Positions 1 through 12,606 of a stretch of DNA of 18,626 nucleotides are shown one piece after another. The translations under genes and the position numbers were made by a program. The stretch is from contig JANKJI020000002.1 of the NCBI GenBank assembly GCA_024626585.2, positions 181,810,453 to 181,829,078 on the forward strand. Direction: 5' to 3'. Source of the stretch: Ginkgo biloba. Lineage: Eukaryota; Plantae; Ginkgophyta. The notes under the pieces are model-generated. The model was not told the origin of the DNA, did not search any database, and saw only the letters and a list, made by a program, of their open reading frames with translations. How positions within the stretch are numbered: position 1 is the stretch's first letter; every line of letters begins with the position of its first letter.

Positions 1-559
1 TAACATCAAATAGTCACTTATAATTATCCTCCCAAAACATTCACTCATTGTTTGTTAATGTCGGATTCCCTTAGGTTGTGTAACCAAATAATTCTATACC
101 CATAGAGGTAGAGTTTGAAGTTTCTCTTAGTGATTTTGTTGACCAATACTCTGTTTAAATATCATCTTTGGTATAGTAGGGCAACTAGGCTCTCCAAGAG
201 TTTGTCATTGGTGTTGCAAGGAAAATAGAGAGAGCCCAATGTGTCAAAGAGTTATTGAACCTAATCCTAATGGAGCACACAAAGATAGTATTAAAGGCAG
301 TCGCTAGAGTCAAATACCTAATCATTGACACTATTAGGATTGATAATGATTATGAAAAGTTTCTATCATCCAAGGAAATGGGGAAGGAATCATTTTTATA
401 ACCTTATCCAGCTACCTCAACATCCCTGAGTAGTCTTGGTACACAAAGACATTTGGCATACTCATTCCACCTCATCTATCAACCTACGATCCATCCCATT
501 CCTACCACACCTCTTGGGATGTGAAGATCTTGACTTTTAAAATTAAATTATAAAATGGA

Positions 560-1570
560 AAAGGGGAACTGACCCCTAAAATAGTTTTTTAACTTGGGTC
601 ATATTTTAACTATACTAGACTCTAGTCTATTAGGGACAAGTATAAAAGGATGAGGTTGTGTCCTATCTCGAGGACCAAAATTTTTTCTTCCCTTTGTATC
701 TCTCTCTCTCTCTCTCTCTCTCCTTCCCTCTCTCTCCACTTTCTTGATGTTGTAACATAGGAATTCCTCGAGAAGAAGATAATGTAAAGGAAGTTTTAGG
801 AGTCAAAAGCTTATGAGTTTTGTGAGTCTTATAATTTTCATTGCTTATTCAAATTTTGATTCTTGATTAAAGGTTTTACATGATTTATAACTTAGGTTTT
901 ATACTGCATTCACAAAGCTTTATAGTGAGTGAAGATTGGGCTATGCTAATCCAAAATTTGCCTAGTTCTTGGTCTCTTCCATCTAGGATGTATTAGATGT
1001 TTTAATGCAATCTATGGTCTAAGGTGTTTGATCGACCATCAATTGAGTGGAGGCTTACTACGTTTCTTGAATGAAGTTAGTTAATTTGAACAATATATTA
1101 GATTAATTATTCCTTTCTTATGAAATATGGACCTCTGTTATCTTCATCATTGAATTCTTGTATTAATACAGTACATTTTTTTTCCTAGAATTTAGTATTC
1201 ATCACTTGAAGTATATGTGAATTCGAGTGAATCCTATCTTCCACATACTTTGGTATAAATTTCTCTTGTAGTCATTGATTAATAGCTAGCCTTCTCTTTT
1301 CTTCCCTACCCTTCCTTCTCTTTTGATATTTTGTTAAGAAGATATGAAATCACTTAGCTATAGACCATTATGAATATCCCATTGATTGGAAGCTCCACTA
1401 GTAGGTTCTAAGATTCACATTCTCACCTGAGTTATACATCCTGATTTTTCTGTATGTTAGGTCATGGTACTAGTAGGGATCCTAAAATGAGTGGGTTTTA
1501 TTACCCATTACCTATTAGAGCCTATGTACAAAACTTATAACAACAGGTAGATTAGAGCTAGAGGGAGGGC
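560..1570 (+). mobile_element. Probable 5' LTR and degenerate primer-binding site of the same gypsy element (left edge not defined)
   Basis: TATAAAAGG at 641 is followed by a CT-rich tract, and a CAACA end lies at 1541-1545. TAGAGCTAGAGGGAGGGC (1553-1570) resembles a TGGCGCTAGAAGGAGGG-type PBS (recalled, not verified). The region sits just upstream of gag. Confidence 0.4.
699..722 (+). repeat. (TC)12 microsatellite
   Basis: Direct reading of the sequence. Confidence 0.95.
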
Positions 1571-1802
1571 TTCTCACTATGGATACCATAATGCCTTTAA
1601 CTAGGTCTATATCATACTCTGGTCTGTTGTTGTTACAACCCTTGTAAATCCATAGAAGGCCTAGAGATGATAAGGGTACACTTAGAATCTCAAGAACTTA
1701 TCCAAGCTTTCCTAGTAGCCTCAACACTGCTTTGTTCAACATGGCTGCCAACTTGTTAGGTGAGACCCTTTTGAATATNNNNNNNNNNNNNNNNNNNNNN
1801 NN

Positions 1803-2309
1803 AAATCTTGAGATGTACTTTCCTATTTAGACTCCAACGAGTGGTAAGATAGTTAAGGAACATGTGTCCTCTTTCAAGGCCACACTAAGACTACTTGACA
1901 TCCAACATAAGAATGTAGCCTATAGGTTATTTCCCTTTACATTACAAGATGTCATGTATGATTGGTTTCTAAATCTACCACCCAACTCCATAACTTCCTA
2001 GCTATACTTTGAGAATACCTTCCTCGACTAATTCAGACAGATTATAGACCCAAGCCTTCTANNNNNNNNNNNNNNNNNNNNNNNNNNNNNNNNNNNNNNN
2101 NAGAACTAAATGAATCCATAAGATCCTTGAATGCCAGATTCTAAAAGATGTATAATTGCATCACCCTGATATACAAGCTAGCTGATGCATTGGCTCTAGA
2201 GTGTACAAAAATGCCTTAGATCTTAGAAGGGTTTTAGGCATCAACACACTATCGATGGCCTATGAAAAGGCTATAAAAATCAATAGGAAGCTTAATCCCT
2301 AGGGTTAAA
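1803..2309 (+). mobile_element. Ty3/gypsy LTR retrotransposon gag remnant (pseudogenised Retrotrans_gag domain)
   Basis: From 1846: KIVKEHVSSFKATLRLLDIQHKNVAYRLFPFTLQDVMYDWFLNLPPNSITS*LYFENTFLD*F. After the gap: ELNESIRSLNARF*KMYNCI and TLSMAYEKAIKI. This fits the gag signature LFPxTL...W...LPxxSIxSW...F...F and the E-S-x-R-x-x-x-x-RF motif. Stops at 1999 and 2029. Confidence 0.88.
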
Positions 2310-3699
2310 NNNNNNNNNNNNNNNNNNNNNNNNNNNNNNNNNNNNNNNNNNNNNNNNNNNNNNNNNNNNNNNNNNNNNNNNNNNNNNNNNNNNNNNNNNN
2401 NNNNNNNNNCTTGATGATGTTCTCTAGAGCCAAGGTATTTGGTTATCCATTACTTCCCATGATAAATTGTTAGTGATTTAGAGCATTACATATATGGATG
2501 CTAAATTTTATTAGAAAAAAGTATTGAACTATAATCACAATTATAACGACAAGTACATAATTTATCGTTTACTAGAATAACACAATATTTTTGTTGTTAA
2601 TATGTCATTAAATGATCTTGTATGTAGTAGTGAATATCCATTCCAATTTTAGTACCATTATCACTAAGTGTAGCTACACATGGTGAACGAGTTAGTTGTT
2701 ACTCATGGTTTGTTAACAATATCACCTCTATTGCTTAAGATATGTTTACACTAGCTACTAAAGTCAAAGAAAGGGATATTTCTCTTATTTTTAATAATAG
2801 ATATATTCCACCTCAATTACATTCTTTACACAGAGATCGTATCGTGTTAACAAAAGTGATCGGTTCTAATTCATTCCACGATTATTTTGATAAGTTATGC
2901 CCTAAGGAAACCATACTTTCTAGTATAAGTTTATTCTTTCTTTAAGAACTTCTAATTCACACTTATTTTCTTCATTTTTATCATACATAGAATTTCATAT
3001 TATAAATCTTCTTCTTTGACCATTATAAAACATATATAATCTAATCCATTTGATAGGTTTAGATTATTGGATGGGGAAAGCTTCTCCTCAAGTAATGTTG
3101 TTGAGCCTTTAAACAAAGCATGGGATATAGAAGCATTCCTTTAATTCACATGATTGAGGTTTATCAAAATAATGGTTACTACATTTGAGAAGGATAAGCA
3201 AACTTTGTAAGAAAAATAGAGAAATTAACGATTTTTTTATACTATATTAAAAAATTAAAAAGAAAGAATTTATATGACATGAGATGGTGGATTCATCACT
3301 TCCAAGTGATTTTATTGATTAATTTCACTTTTGATATTATCATCACCACAAATCTATATAACTACATTATTTAACATTTATTACCTATCAGTGTTGTAAA
3401 TTCCTCAAATGAATAAATTAAATAGAAGTCCAAACTAAACAGGCAGAAGCAACTGCATAGTCAATGGGTGTAAAAACATAGGGGAAGGAAAACAAAAATA
3501 TAATATCATTAAATGGAAAATTACATGGGTTTTGAATGTAGGAAAAGGAATAGAATGGGTTGGAAGTNNNNNNNNNNNNNNNNNNNNNNNNNNNNNNNNN
3601 NNNNNNNNNNNNNNNNNNNNNNNNNNNNNNNNNNNNNNNNNNNNNNNNNNNNNNNNNNNNNNNNNNNTTATTATAATCTATTAAATGCTTTATATGAAC

Positions 3700-4321
3700 C
3701 TTAAATCACCTACTTACTTGGACTCTTAGTGTAGAATAAAATGAAGTAGACCTTTCTTCAAAGGTAACATCTTAAGTTAATCCTAAACCACTTCAAATTC
3801 TCCTTCACATCCAAGCCTTCATCAAATAATTTCTCTTAGAGATTATATATAATATCATCCTTAAATACTAATCGATCATTATAAAAATATTGTATCTTAT
3901 ACATCTCATATTCCAATTGTAACTAAATCATTATAGTTAGAAATTTTATATCCAATGATACCAAAACTCAAAGATACATGATCATCAAGTTAATTAACTT
4001 CTTTTGTGANNNNNNNNNNNNNNNNNNATATAAAATTCATGTCTTTATTAGATTTTATTTTAGAATAAATTTACTCATATTCTATAATTTAGAGACATTT
4101 ATTATTCTTATTTAAAGTATCATGCAACCACGTTCTTCCCTACTTGAATGTCATTTGATCTTTCTCCAAGGTTATGGACCCTCTTATGTATTTTATCCAC
4201 AATATTCCCAATAATACTATATAAGAATTTCCTTTATTTGGAAGTTCTATCATCTTGAAGTTCTACTCCACTTCAATACTTCGATAATATATATTTATAT
4301 TCACCAATTTAACCTTTGGAG
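3700..4321 (-). mobile_element. Possible highly decayed LINE ORF1 fragment
   Basis: Minus-strand peptides YRI*VNLF (about 4061-4090) and YL*VLVSLDIKF (about 3941-3980) resemble the plant L1 ORF1 motifs PxWVxLP and RVxVxxDL, in the right order. The match is weak. Confidence 0.3.
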
Positions 4322-4560
4322 NNNNNNNNNNNNNNTAACCTAATCTTGATCATTTATCTTGATAATATTTTTGAAATGCATCCTTTGTGGGAATTTCATA
4401 TCTCTCCACATTTCCAAAGAGTTTATATTGACTTTTGATTTGAAGTCAACCATAGCATCCTTAACTTTAATGTTTTGAATAGTTATTTAAACTAATGGCT
4501 TAACGTGTTTCTTCTTTATTATCTCATTCACCCTTTTTAATACTATTTTAATATCCTAGT

Positions 4561-4578
4561 TATATATATATATATATA
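4561..4578 (+). repeat. (TA)9 microsatellite
   Basis: Direct reading of the sequence. Confidence 0.9.
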
Positions 4579-4828
4579 TTCTTAATAACTCTACCAATCT
4601 TATTAAAGCTCATTTTTATTCTATTATACTTTTTTCCAATATTAGTAGATGTTAATATTGATATAACCCCTTATTTTTTTCTTCATATTTATATTTAGCA
4701 TATTTAATTCTTAAAGGATTATATATATNNNNNNNNNNNNNNNNNNNNNNNNNNNNNNNNNNNNNNNNNNNNNNNNNNNNNNNNNNNNNNNNNNNNNNNN
4801 NNNNNNNNNNNNNNNNNNNNNNNNNNNN

Positions 4829-6060
4829 CCATTTCTCATTGTTGCACTTGAATTTTAATATCTCTATTAATATCATAAGATATCAGAGAAATAGAAGGAA
4901 TGATAGTATTTTTATAGCTCAACCAATTCATGACATCTCAATGTTTAGCCAAAACACATAATACAAATTCTTAGAATATGCTATATATAATAGAAACTAT
5001 TCTCCCACCTTTTACTTATGAATAATAAATATTTATTTATATAGGCTACATAATCCAAAAATATGAAAGAATAGTTCTAAATAGTAAACAATATTCTATA
5101 TATTATAGGCAAAGTAGAAATCCCAAATATATAATTTAATATATTCATTCGTATTGCAAAAGGAATGAAAAATAGTTTTCCCTTGGTTTTTATTCTATAT
5201 TTAATAAGAAAGATATCCTTAATTACTAAATAAGAAATAAATTTAGATTAAGTGTAAGAGAGGATTCCCATAAAGATTTAAAAAGGAAATTCCTATAAGA
5301 AAAGTCTAGTCTCCATTCTAAATGTCCTTTTTTTTTGCAAACATACATGTGGCATTAGAAATTGGTATGCATTCTTAGTTTGAGATAAAAAAAATATATG
5401 TTTTCATTATCCCATTATTATCAATACCCCTAAATATGCAGGTTAGAATAATTTTTTTTTCTACCAATTCAATTAGGATAGTTGAATGTAAAGAACATTG
5501 TGTAGTAGTATCCCTATATCCTATACCAAACTCTTGTATAGATCCTTGTGACAACTTCCATATCTTAAAATTAATGTTTTAGATATGTTTTGTTATACTT
5601 GAACCTTTTATTATAATTTGTTGGTGGTGTAAGTACCCCTAATATGCCTAGGGGTTAGTTGTTAAGCTTGATGAAATAATTCCACTAAATGTTTACATTA
5701 GAAACTAAATACCTTTATTAATTGAATTTGACTTCTAAGATATCAAATACTTTAAATCTTCCCATGCCTTCCCAATTAAATTTAAGGTCACTAATAATTT
5801 CACCTTAGTACTATTAGAACATAGGAAATGCCTTTATTTTTCCTTCTAATATCCCATTATATTATATTCCTTATGATTTATTTCTATATTTACCTCTATT
5901 TGGTCTTACAATCCACTTTATACATAAGTCATTTTCCAGTGCTTGGATATCAATAATCCCTATGACTTTACCCTCTTTATATTTACTGGACATATTCCAT
6001 GCCATAATTAGGAGGCCTTTATCTTCCTTCTTGCATTAAAAAAGAGTTCACATATTGTGC
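4829..6060 (-). mobile_element. Decayed L1-type LINE, ORF2 region downstream of RT
   Basis: Minus strand reads MAW, then IGIIDIQALENDLCIKWIVR (5892-5963), matching the L1 motif GLGIxDLxxxNxALxxKWxxR. Then NLIGKAWEDL (about 5753-5783) and KPRENYFSFLL (about 5157-5190, zf-RVT-like). Many stops and frameshifts. Confidence 0.65.
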
Positions 6061-7920
6061 TATGAAAGGAGGTCATAATTTTAATATTATATTAATTAAA
6101 ATTATNNNNNNNNNNNNNNNNNNNNNNNNNNNNNNNNNNNNNNNNNNNNNNNNNNNNNNNNNNNNNNNNNNNNNNNNNNNNNNNNNNNNNNNNNNNNNNN
6201 NNNNNGATGGACTTGTTTGAGTGATTAGATAGGTTTAAGTATATATTTCAATTTTCTTGAATTATTTTTCTAGCTAATCTATTAGAAAGATATGGTATAA
6301 AGTATTGTCTTCAAAAGTATAATTTTGAATAAGGAAATGGATCCATATGATCTTTTTCTTTTTTTTTCCCTTAAATGTAAGAGAGCATCATCTAGGATTA
6401 TCCTTTAGACATAATTAATTTTAGGAAGGATTTAATCTCCTTATAACTTATCCCATAATGAATTAATTTTTAAGAGGTTAAGTCCTTGTGGATATTTATG
6501 AATTTCCTTTAGGAATGCCTTAGGTTTTATGTTTTGACCTTTTTGTTTTTTCATCTCCAACCTTAGGAAACTTTACGTGTATGAGTTTTGTTTTGTAGGT
6601 TTATTATTTGAAATCTTCCTTTAACACAAACCTATGAATGATTTATTTCTCTCCCTCTTAAATGATGATATAATGTTGGGTATTCAGGGAGAGGATGATT
6701 TAAGTTGAGATGAATGAGATATAATAACACTAGCCAATCTTATTTTTTTCCCTTTGTTCCACCCATTAGATTCACGAAAGATGCATAATTTTGCTTGAGT
6801 GTGTTTTATAATAATAATATATTGCATCTCATAGAGTGTATATTCCTAGGTTAGTATGAGGAGTTATATTACAAGGATTTTAAGCATCATAGTTTAATAA
6901 GAACCTACTACCACCCTTCCATATCAAATATTNNNNNNNNNNNNNNNNNNTATCACTTTTATATGGAAAATCCATTGCTCTAAATCTAAAAGTGCATGGA
7001 ACTAACAAAGATCTAAGTAAAACTAAGTTCATAGGACCCCTTCTTTTTCAAGAATTGTAAAGTGTGATAATGGAAAGGAATGCGTAATATGGATAGTCTT
7101 ATTCAAGTGCATCTTTGATCATCAGTCAAACTTACTTCCACTTACTATAGAATCTATAAATAATGAAAAGCTTCTACCATATTTATTTACTTTATTTATG
7201 GTTCATGGTTATTCTTTCAAGTGGGTTCTTACATCTATAAGTTATAATATTCAAAGTGATCTAATAATTAAGAAGGAATTTTAGAATATGTAATACATGC
7301 ATAAGACTAGTAGATATTAGGATGCACCCACTTGTCATTAACCATAGAAAACATGGAGTGATACCACTCGAGTCCCAAGCACCCCGAGTGCTCCTTCTCT
7401 ATAAGATTACACTTAAGTCCCTTAAGCTGAAACTATACGACCAACAAACAACTAAAACCCATAGGATAAAAAATATTGATCTAACACGACCACATGCATA
7501 AAATGTAAAACAATGAAAATTTAATAATTTCATTAGGCATTCAAGAATAATTCATTACAACCAGACCACTGACCTACTCACAACAATATATTCAAATGTC
7601 CCCCACAGGTGGGACTACATATAAACATAATAGACCTTCCTCACTATAAGAGAGGATTACATTTAATCTNNNNNNNNNNNNNNNNNNNNNNNNNNNNNNN
7701 NNNNNNNNNNNNNNNNNNNNNNNNNNNNNNNNNNNNNNNNNNNNNNNNNNNNNNNNNNNNNNNNNNNNNTGAATTAAAACACAAAATACAATAATCAACA
7801 AGAAAAATGTAACTCCCTTTGCTCACTAATAGCTATAATTAATGCAAAGTGTACTAAATATTGGTAATTACTCTTATAGAAAGAATTCAGATCATTTGTT
7901 GAGCAATTATGATTTGTTAC

Positions 7921-8098
7921 CTGGAATTTCATTGATTAAAGGTTCTGGGACTGCTCGAATATAATGCTTTACAATAGAGCCACCCTTGTATTTAGCATTT
8001 GGTAACTTAAAGTCTATTGGAAGACACCCATGTTTGAAATAATTAGGGTTCATGAGTTTAATGACAAAGTTTGAAAAGAGATGACAAATCTTACAGAT
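7921..8098 (-). other. Orphan 178-bp open exon of an unidentified gene or gene fragment
   Basis: Acceptor GGTTTGTTTTAG| at 8099/8098 and donor CAG|GTAAC at 7921/7920. The stop-free frame reads ICKICHLFSNFVIKLMNPNYFKHGCLPIDFKLPNAKYKGGSIVKHYIRAVPEPLINEIP-G. Confidence 0.5.
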
Positions 8099-8539
8099 CT
8101 AAAACAAACCCACAATAAATCTGTCTAATCCACCAAAATAAACAACATATTCTAACTTCTATTATGAGAGTGTTGTAAAATAATTTATGATATTCATAGT
8201 GGACTGGATCAATTTCTACCAAAATTTATTTTCTATGAGCATTTATATACTAAATTAGAATGCTATGCCTCATTAAATAACTCACCATTGTCATTTATTA
8301 TAAACACAATGTGAGGTCCATAACCAAGTTGAGACATATATTTGATTCTTGAAAACTTGTTATTTTTGTTTCTTGTCTTATAGATCAATATGCATTCTAT
8401 GTACAATTGTAGTGTATGTAATTAGTAATGAAATCACACAAGACCAAAATCTAATTTTTTCCAAGGGTTGGAATCCAATGTGAAGGACCACTAGATGGTG
8501 ATGGGTGTATTCATAAATCCTAGAAGTTTGATTGGTAAC

Positions 8540-8591
8540 CTTGTTCTTGAATATGTAGGTGATGGTTCCCGTGTATAAAAATGGTTGTGAA
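8540..8591 (-). other. Candidate 52-bp exon upstream of the 178-bp exon
   Basis: TGTTACAG| acceptor and AAG|GTTAC donor. The frame xSQPFLYTGTITYIFKNK ends in phase 0, compatible with the next exon. Confidence 0.3.
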
Positions 8592-9799
8592 CTGTAACAT
8601 CAAATATTTATCCCCTACCTAACATTCTTTCACCTTGATACCTTAGACTAAAACCTTTAACCTCGAATAATAATTTAAGGAATGCCTATTGAGATTACTT
8701 TGACCTACATGTCTATGATAGTGCTCTTAGAGCACAAGGAACAATTTAGAATGGGATGATTTTTCTAAGGAGTATAATTCCCTAGAAATTTATTTTTTAT
8801 TAGTTAAGAAATAAGATGGAATAAGTATGAGGTTTGAGAAGCAACAATCTACTTCAACAAGTGTCCTTAAGCATATATTACAAATGAGGCTTGAGTGGCC
8901 TTACATACTCAAAATAGGGCTCCTTAGCCTACCTCTATGTAGATGCTTACCACATCTTACTAAGGTGTTATTTGTGGTTACCTTTACAAACATGGGCTAC
9001 CACATATCTCTATATAATTATTAGAATTAAGCATAGTCATACATATAATTTTGAGGGCATACCATTAGCTCTTGTGTTGACGTATTTATAGGTCTTTAGA
9101 AGGTTAGTGATTGGGTATTAATAGGGGTAAGCCACCTCTAAAGTTCCCTATATATCCATCATAATTTCTTAACCCATGGTTCCAACTCATTTTCTCACTT
9201 TATTTAAAGAATGGTCTATTGCATACTCTCCATGTAATATAAGTAAAAATGTTACTAGGGATTATTGTCCATTAGTTTTTAAAATCAACTCAAACTCCTC
9301 ATTAATTAATTGATAGGTTTCTTTCTTATTTTCTCCCTTACATTTTTTTGAACATTTTTAATTGAAAAAAGTGATCACTTTCACCACATTGGAAAATGTT
9401 CAATTCTTGTAGAGGATGTATTTTCCAATAAGTAAAGTGGCCCAATGAAGAAACATGACTAAAACACATTAAATTAAAAAAATGAAGTCAAAAAAGAAAA
9501 ATCTTTATTTTTGTATGTTTCTATGTTTTCCAATACTACATTATTATCATCGAGGAAATTAATTTTGTCCTTTTATATTTTTAAACAATTAATTTCATTC
9601 CTTTGGAGGAAGTGGAATAAAATGAACTACCTAAAGTGTAATAATCATACATTTATATAACTTTTATAACTAATTATTTTACTTCCAATCTTAGTGCATG
9701 TTTTTGAAGAAAAATATATTTAATATGCTTATAAATATTTTCTATATAACAACAGAAAATAAATATAACTAAAACTTATTTACTATTTTCTCTTAAACA

Positions 9800-10509
9800 T
9801 TTTTGTTGATAAAGGTAATATTTTTATTAATACAAGGAGATTACGAGAGAGATTTCCTCTACTAAGGCCTCAGATCCAGACTGAAACAACCAATAGGGAG
9901 GTAGATTTGGCTGAGCAATGATACAAAAAAGAGATAAGGACTACTTAGAGAAATAAAGTTTGGGTTGAGGAGACGATTCTAGACCATCCAACAAATCACC
10001 CTCTGAGCTAGGAAGCTGGAGAAAAGGACGAACAAAACTAGAGAAAACCAACTAGAAAGTTGAAAGAAGCCAAAGACTAGAGTTACTTAGAGTGAATTTT
10101 AGAGGGATCTTCCTCCAACAATTCAATGCCCATAGAATCTTCCTCCCTTAAGGATTCCTCGACCTTTTTCAAAGTCTTCAACTCCTCTTTCAATTCATCT
10201 ACACAAATATGAACCCTCCAGATTCTTTCATTCATCTCCACTCCATGATGCTTGATGAAGGTTTTGAACTTAGTGAACTTCTTTGCCAAGTACTTGACTT
10301 GAGAGATGAGAGAGTAGATATCTTTATCATGGGCAATGAACTTTGTCTTCAACGTTTCCATGTCAAACTCCAAATGATCTAACTTTTTTTATTCCCCCTC
10401 AGGGGAGGAGGAAGAAGTTGAGGGAGAAGCCATCAGAGGGGAGAGGGGAGCTGAGTGAGGAAGAAAAGATCCTAAGGGGGAAGAAATAAAAGAACAAGCG
10501 ATGAATAGT
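9800..10509 (-). mobile_element. Poly(A)-tailed retroposed element (non-LTR retroposon or processed retrocopy); 5' end lost in the gap
   Basis: Minus strand shows a pyrimidine-rich leader, an intronless ORF, a T-rich 3' UTR, AATAAA (9823-9828) and the terminus TTTATCAACAAAAA at about 9800. GC content is visibly higher than in the very AT-rich left flank. Confidence 0.55.
10083..10433 (-). pseudogene. Small coiled-coil ORF (116 codons) with one in-frame stop, within a retroposed unit
   Basis: ATGGCT at 10433 gives MASPSTSSSSPEGE*KKLDH, in frame with track ORF 10083..10373 (LEFDMETLKTKF...VDELKEELKTLKKVEESLREE...). Single TAA at 10391-10389. Heptad-like spacing of hydrophobic residues. Confidence 0.5.
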
Positions 10510-10769
10510 NNNNNNNNNNNNNNNNNNNNNNNNNNNNNNNNNNNNNNNNNNNNNNNNNNNNNNNNNNNNNNNNNNNNNNNNNNNNNNNNNNNNNNNNNNN
10601 NNNNNNNNNTGTCTCACTAATAGGATATAATGTGATATGTCAACCAATAAGATGCCATATAATGAATGGCAATAGGTGCCCTTATGCTCATGGCATACTT
10701 TCAATTGTGATAACGAGTGCTTAGGACTTAGGACAAAGTGCTATGATCCTATAGTACAATGCATCTCTA

Positions 10770-11107
10770 CCAATAAAATATTTCCATACAATGTACCTCA
10801 CTCTATAAAATTTTAGAGAACAGAAATGAAGTAACTTGTTGATTACTGATTGAAGTTTCTTAAAGAAGGCATTATCACATTTTGACAAAATAATGTTAGA
10901 CATTTTGGATGTATGAGAAGTGGATCATGAAATCCATGATCCAATTAGTATACTTGATGAGAGGAGAGACATTGAAACCAAAAAGTAAAAGAGTACCTCA
11001 TCGAATGGTCTAATAAACCCATTAAAGAGGCTACTTTAGGAATCATTAAGTTTTATTCAGAAAGCATACCACATTAAGGATCATGGTCTTCATTCGTTGA
11101 AGAGGAC
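10770..11107 (+). mobile_element. Chromovirus-type Ty3/gypsy integrase C-terminus and chromodomain remnant with PPT-like end
   Basis: YKILENRNEVT (decayed GPY/F region, about 10804-10836), PISILDERR (10941-10967) and EYLIEWSNKPIKEAT (10991-11035) match the chromodomain pattern YLVKWxxxxxxxxTWE. A purine tract GAAGAGGA lies at about 11099-11106. Confidence 0.75.
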
Positions 11108-11744
11108 TATTAATGATTAGACAAATCAAGCAAAGTTAACCTTAAGAAAGGTATAATCTTAAAAAATTAATGAAGAAGGGTGAAGTGAACCCTATATTTA
11201 TTTGCGACACTTTAACTAGTCAAAGGACAAATGTCTTAAGCAATAGCTTAAATTCCTAGTGTTGTAGGCCACCAATCAAAGATGAGATATGACAAAGCAT
11301 CATGGGTTGCCAATTAAGAGTCAAGATGATCTTTGCCACATCTAATCAACCCATGTAAAGAACTAGTATGCCTAGAGTGATTATATATTAAAGGGAAAAC
11401 ACTTGATATTTTTTTACTATCATTTGAATCGTATATAAGTGTATGCTATTGATTATTGCATGAAGATGGTGTAATAGGATTGATTTTGTATTGAAGGAGG
11501 AGGACGGACCTTATTCCTAGTAGGACGCCTTACTCCAGCACCCAAATTCTAATTTTTTGTGTACTGAGAGCTATAGAAGATCTCCTAATGTGAAGTAGGG
11601 CTTTTGGAAGAGAGGTGACCCTCTTTAGGGTTTAATTTGTTATCCTTCAGTGGTTGATTTTAAGATGATTGTTGTTGCATGTTGATTTCTGAAGAGGATA
11701 TAGCTTTATGCATGCTAAAGATGCTTCAATTATTGTGTGTTACA
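11108..11744 (+). mobile_element. Probable 3' LTR of the chromovirus remnant
   Basis: Begins right after the PPT-like tract (TATTAATG, possibly a mutated TG start), contains a TATA-like TATATATTAAAGGG (about 11383) and ends in GTTACA at 11744. Confidence 0.45.
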
Positions 11745-12606
11745 ACCACATAAGTAAAACCCCCGTATGCAAGTGCAAGTAGGCCCCTTATTTTGAACAT
11801 TCTTATGGAGGTTATGATTAATTGCATATGTGATTTTAATAAAATAAATACATAAAACGATTGCTGAGGATAGGGTGTCTCCCTTTAGGTAGTGCTTGAG
11901 AGAGTGTATGGTGTTTTTATGCCTTGAATGGTGAAACTTCATGAAATTAAGCTAGGGCAACTTGCATGTAGTATATGTATGCTAATTTCACCATGTCCCA
12001 TGTCAAACCCTAGCTCTACTACCATAGAGTGGCATAAGGAAGCNNNNNNNNNNNNNNNNNNNNNNNNNNNNNNNNNNNNNNNNNNNNNNNNNNNNNNNNN
12101 NNNNNNNNNNNNNNNNNNNNNNNNNNNNNNNNNNNNNNNNNNNNNNNNNNNNNNNNNNNNNNNNNNNNNNNNNNNNNNNNNNNNNNNNNNNNNNNNNNNN
12201 NNNNNNNNNNNNNNNNNNNNNNNNNNNNNNNNNNNNNNNNNNNNNNNNNNNNNNNNNNNNNNNNNNNNNNNNNNNNNNNNNNNNNNNNNNNNNNNNNNNN
12301 NNNNNNNNNNNNNNNNNNNNNNNNNNGCTTTCAACCGCTAAGAATTCAATTTGGTGGTCCCTCTTATTCAATAAGAGAGGTTGTGCCTGGGAGACTCTCC
12401 CTAGTTCTTTGGCAAGCAATGTGATACAAAAGGAATCCAGAGTGTCAAACATCTCTATGAATTTTAATCAAGTAAATGGAAAGTATGGAATAAAATTTGA
12501 GCGAATTATAATATAAATCGAAGTAACAAATTTGTAATTGAAAAAATTCTTACCTTATTGCCTNNNNNNNNNNNNNNNNNNNNNNNNNNNNNNNNNNNNN
12601 NNNNNN

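Noticed and set aside
2410-3567. AT-rich block including ORF 2742..2945
   Set aside because: Probably decayed repeat, but no motif on either strand supports a call.
6206-7600. Decayed-looking sequence with GATACCA (reverse PBS-like) near 7360
   Set aside because: A 7-bp match only, with no adjoining LTR or coding remnant identified.
11928-12452. Long ORFs spanning N runs (also at 3513, 4652, 7592-7826, 10399, 16126-16537, 16994-17469)
   Set aside because: Their length comes from N codons that cannot be stops.
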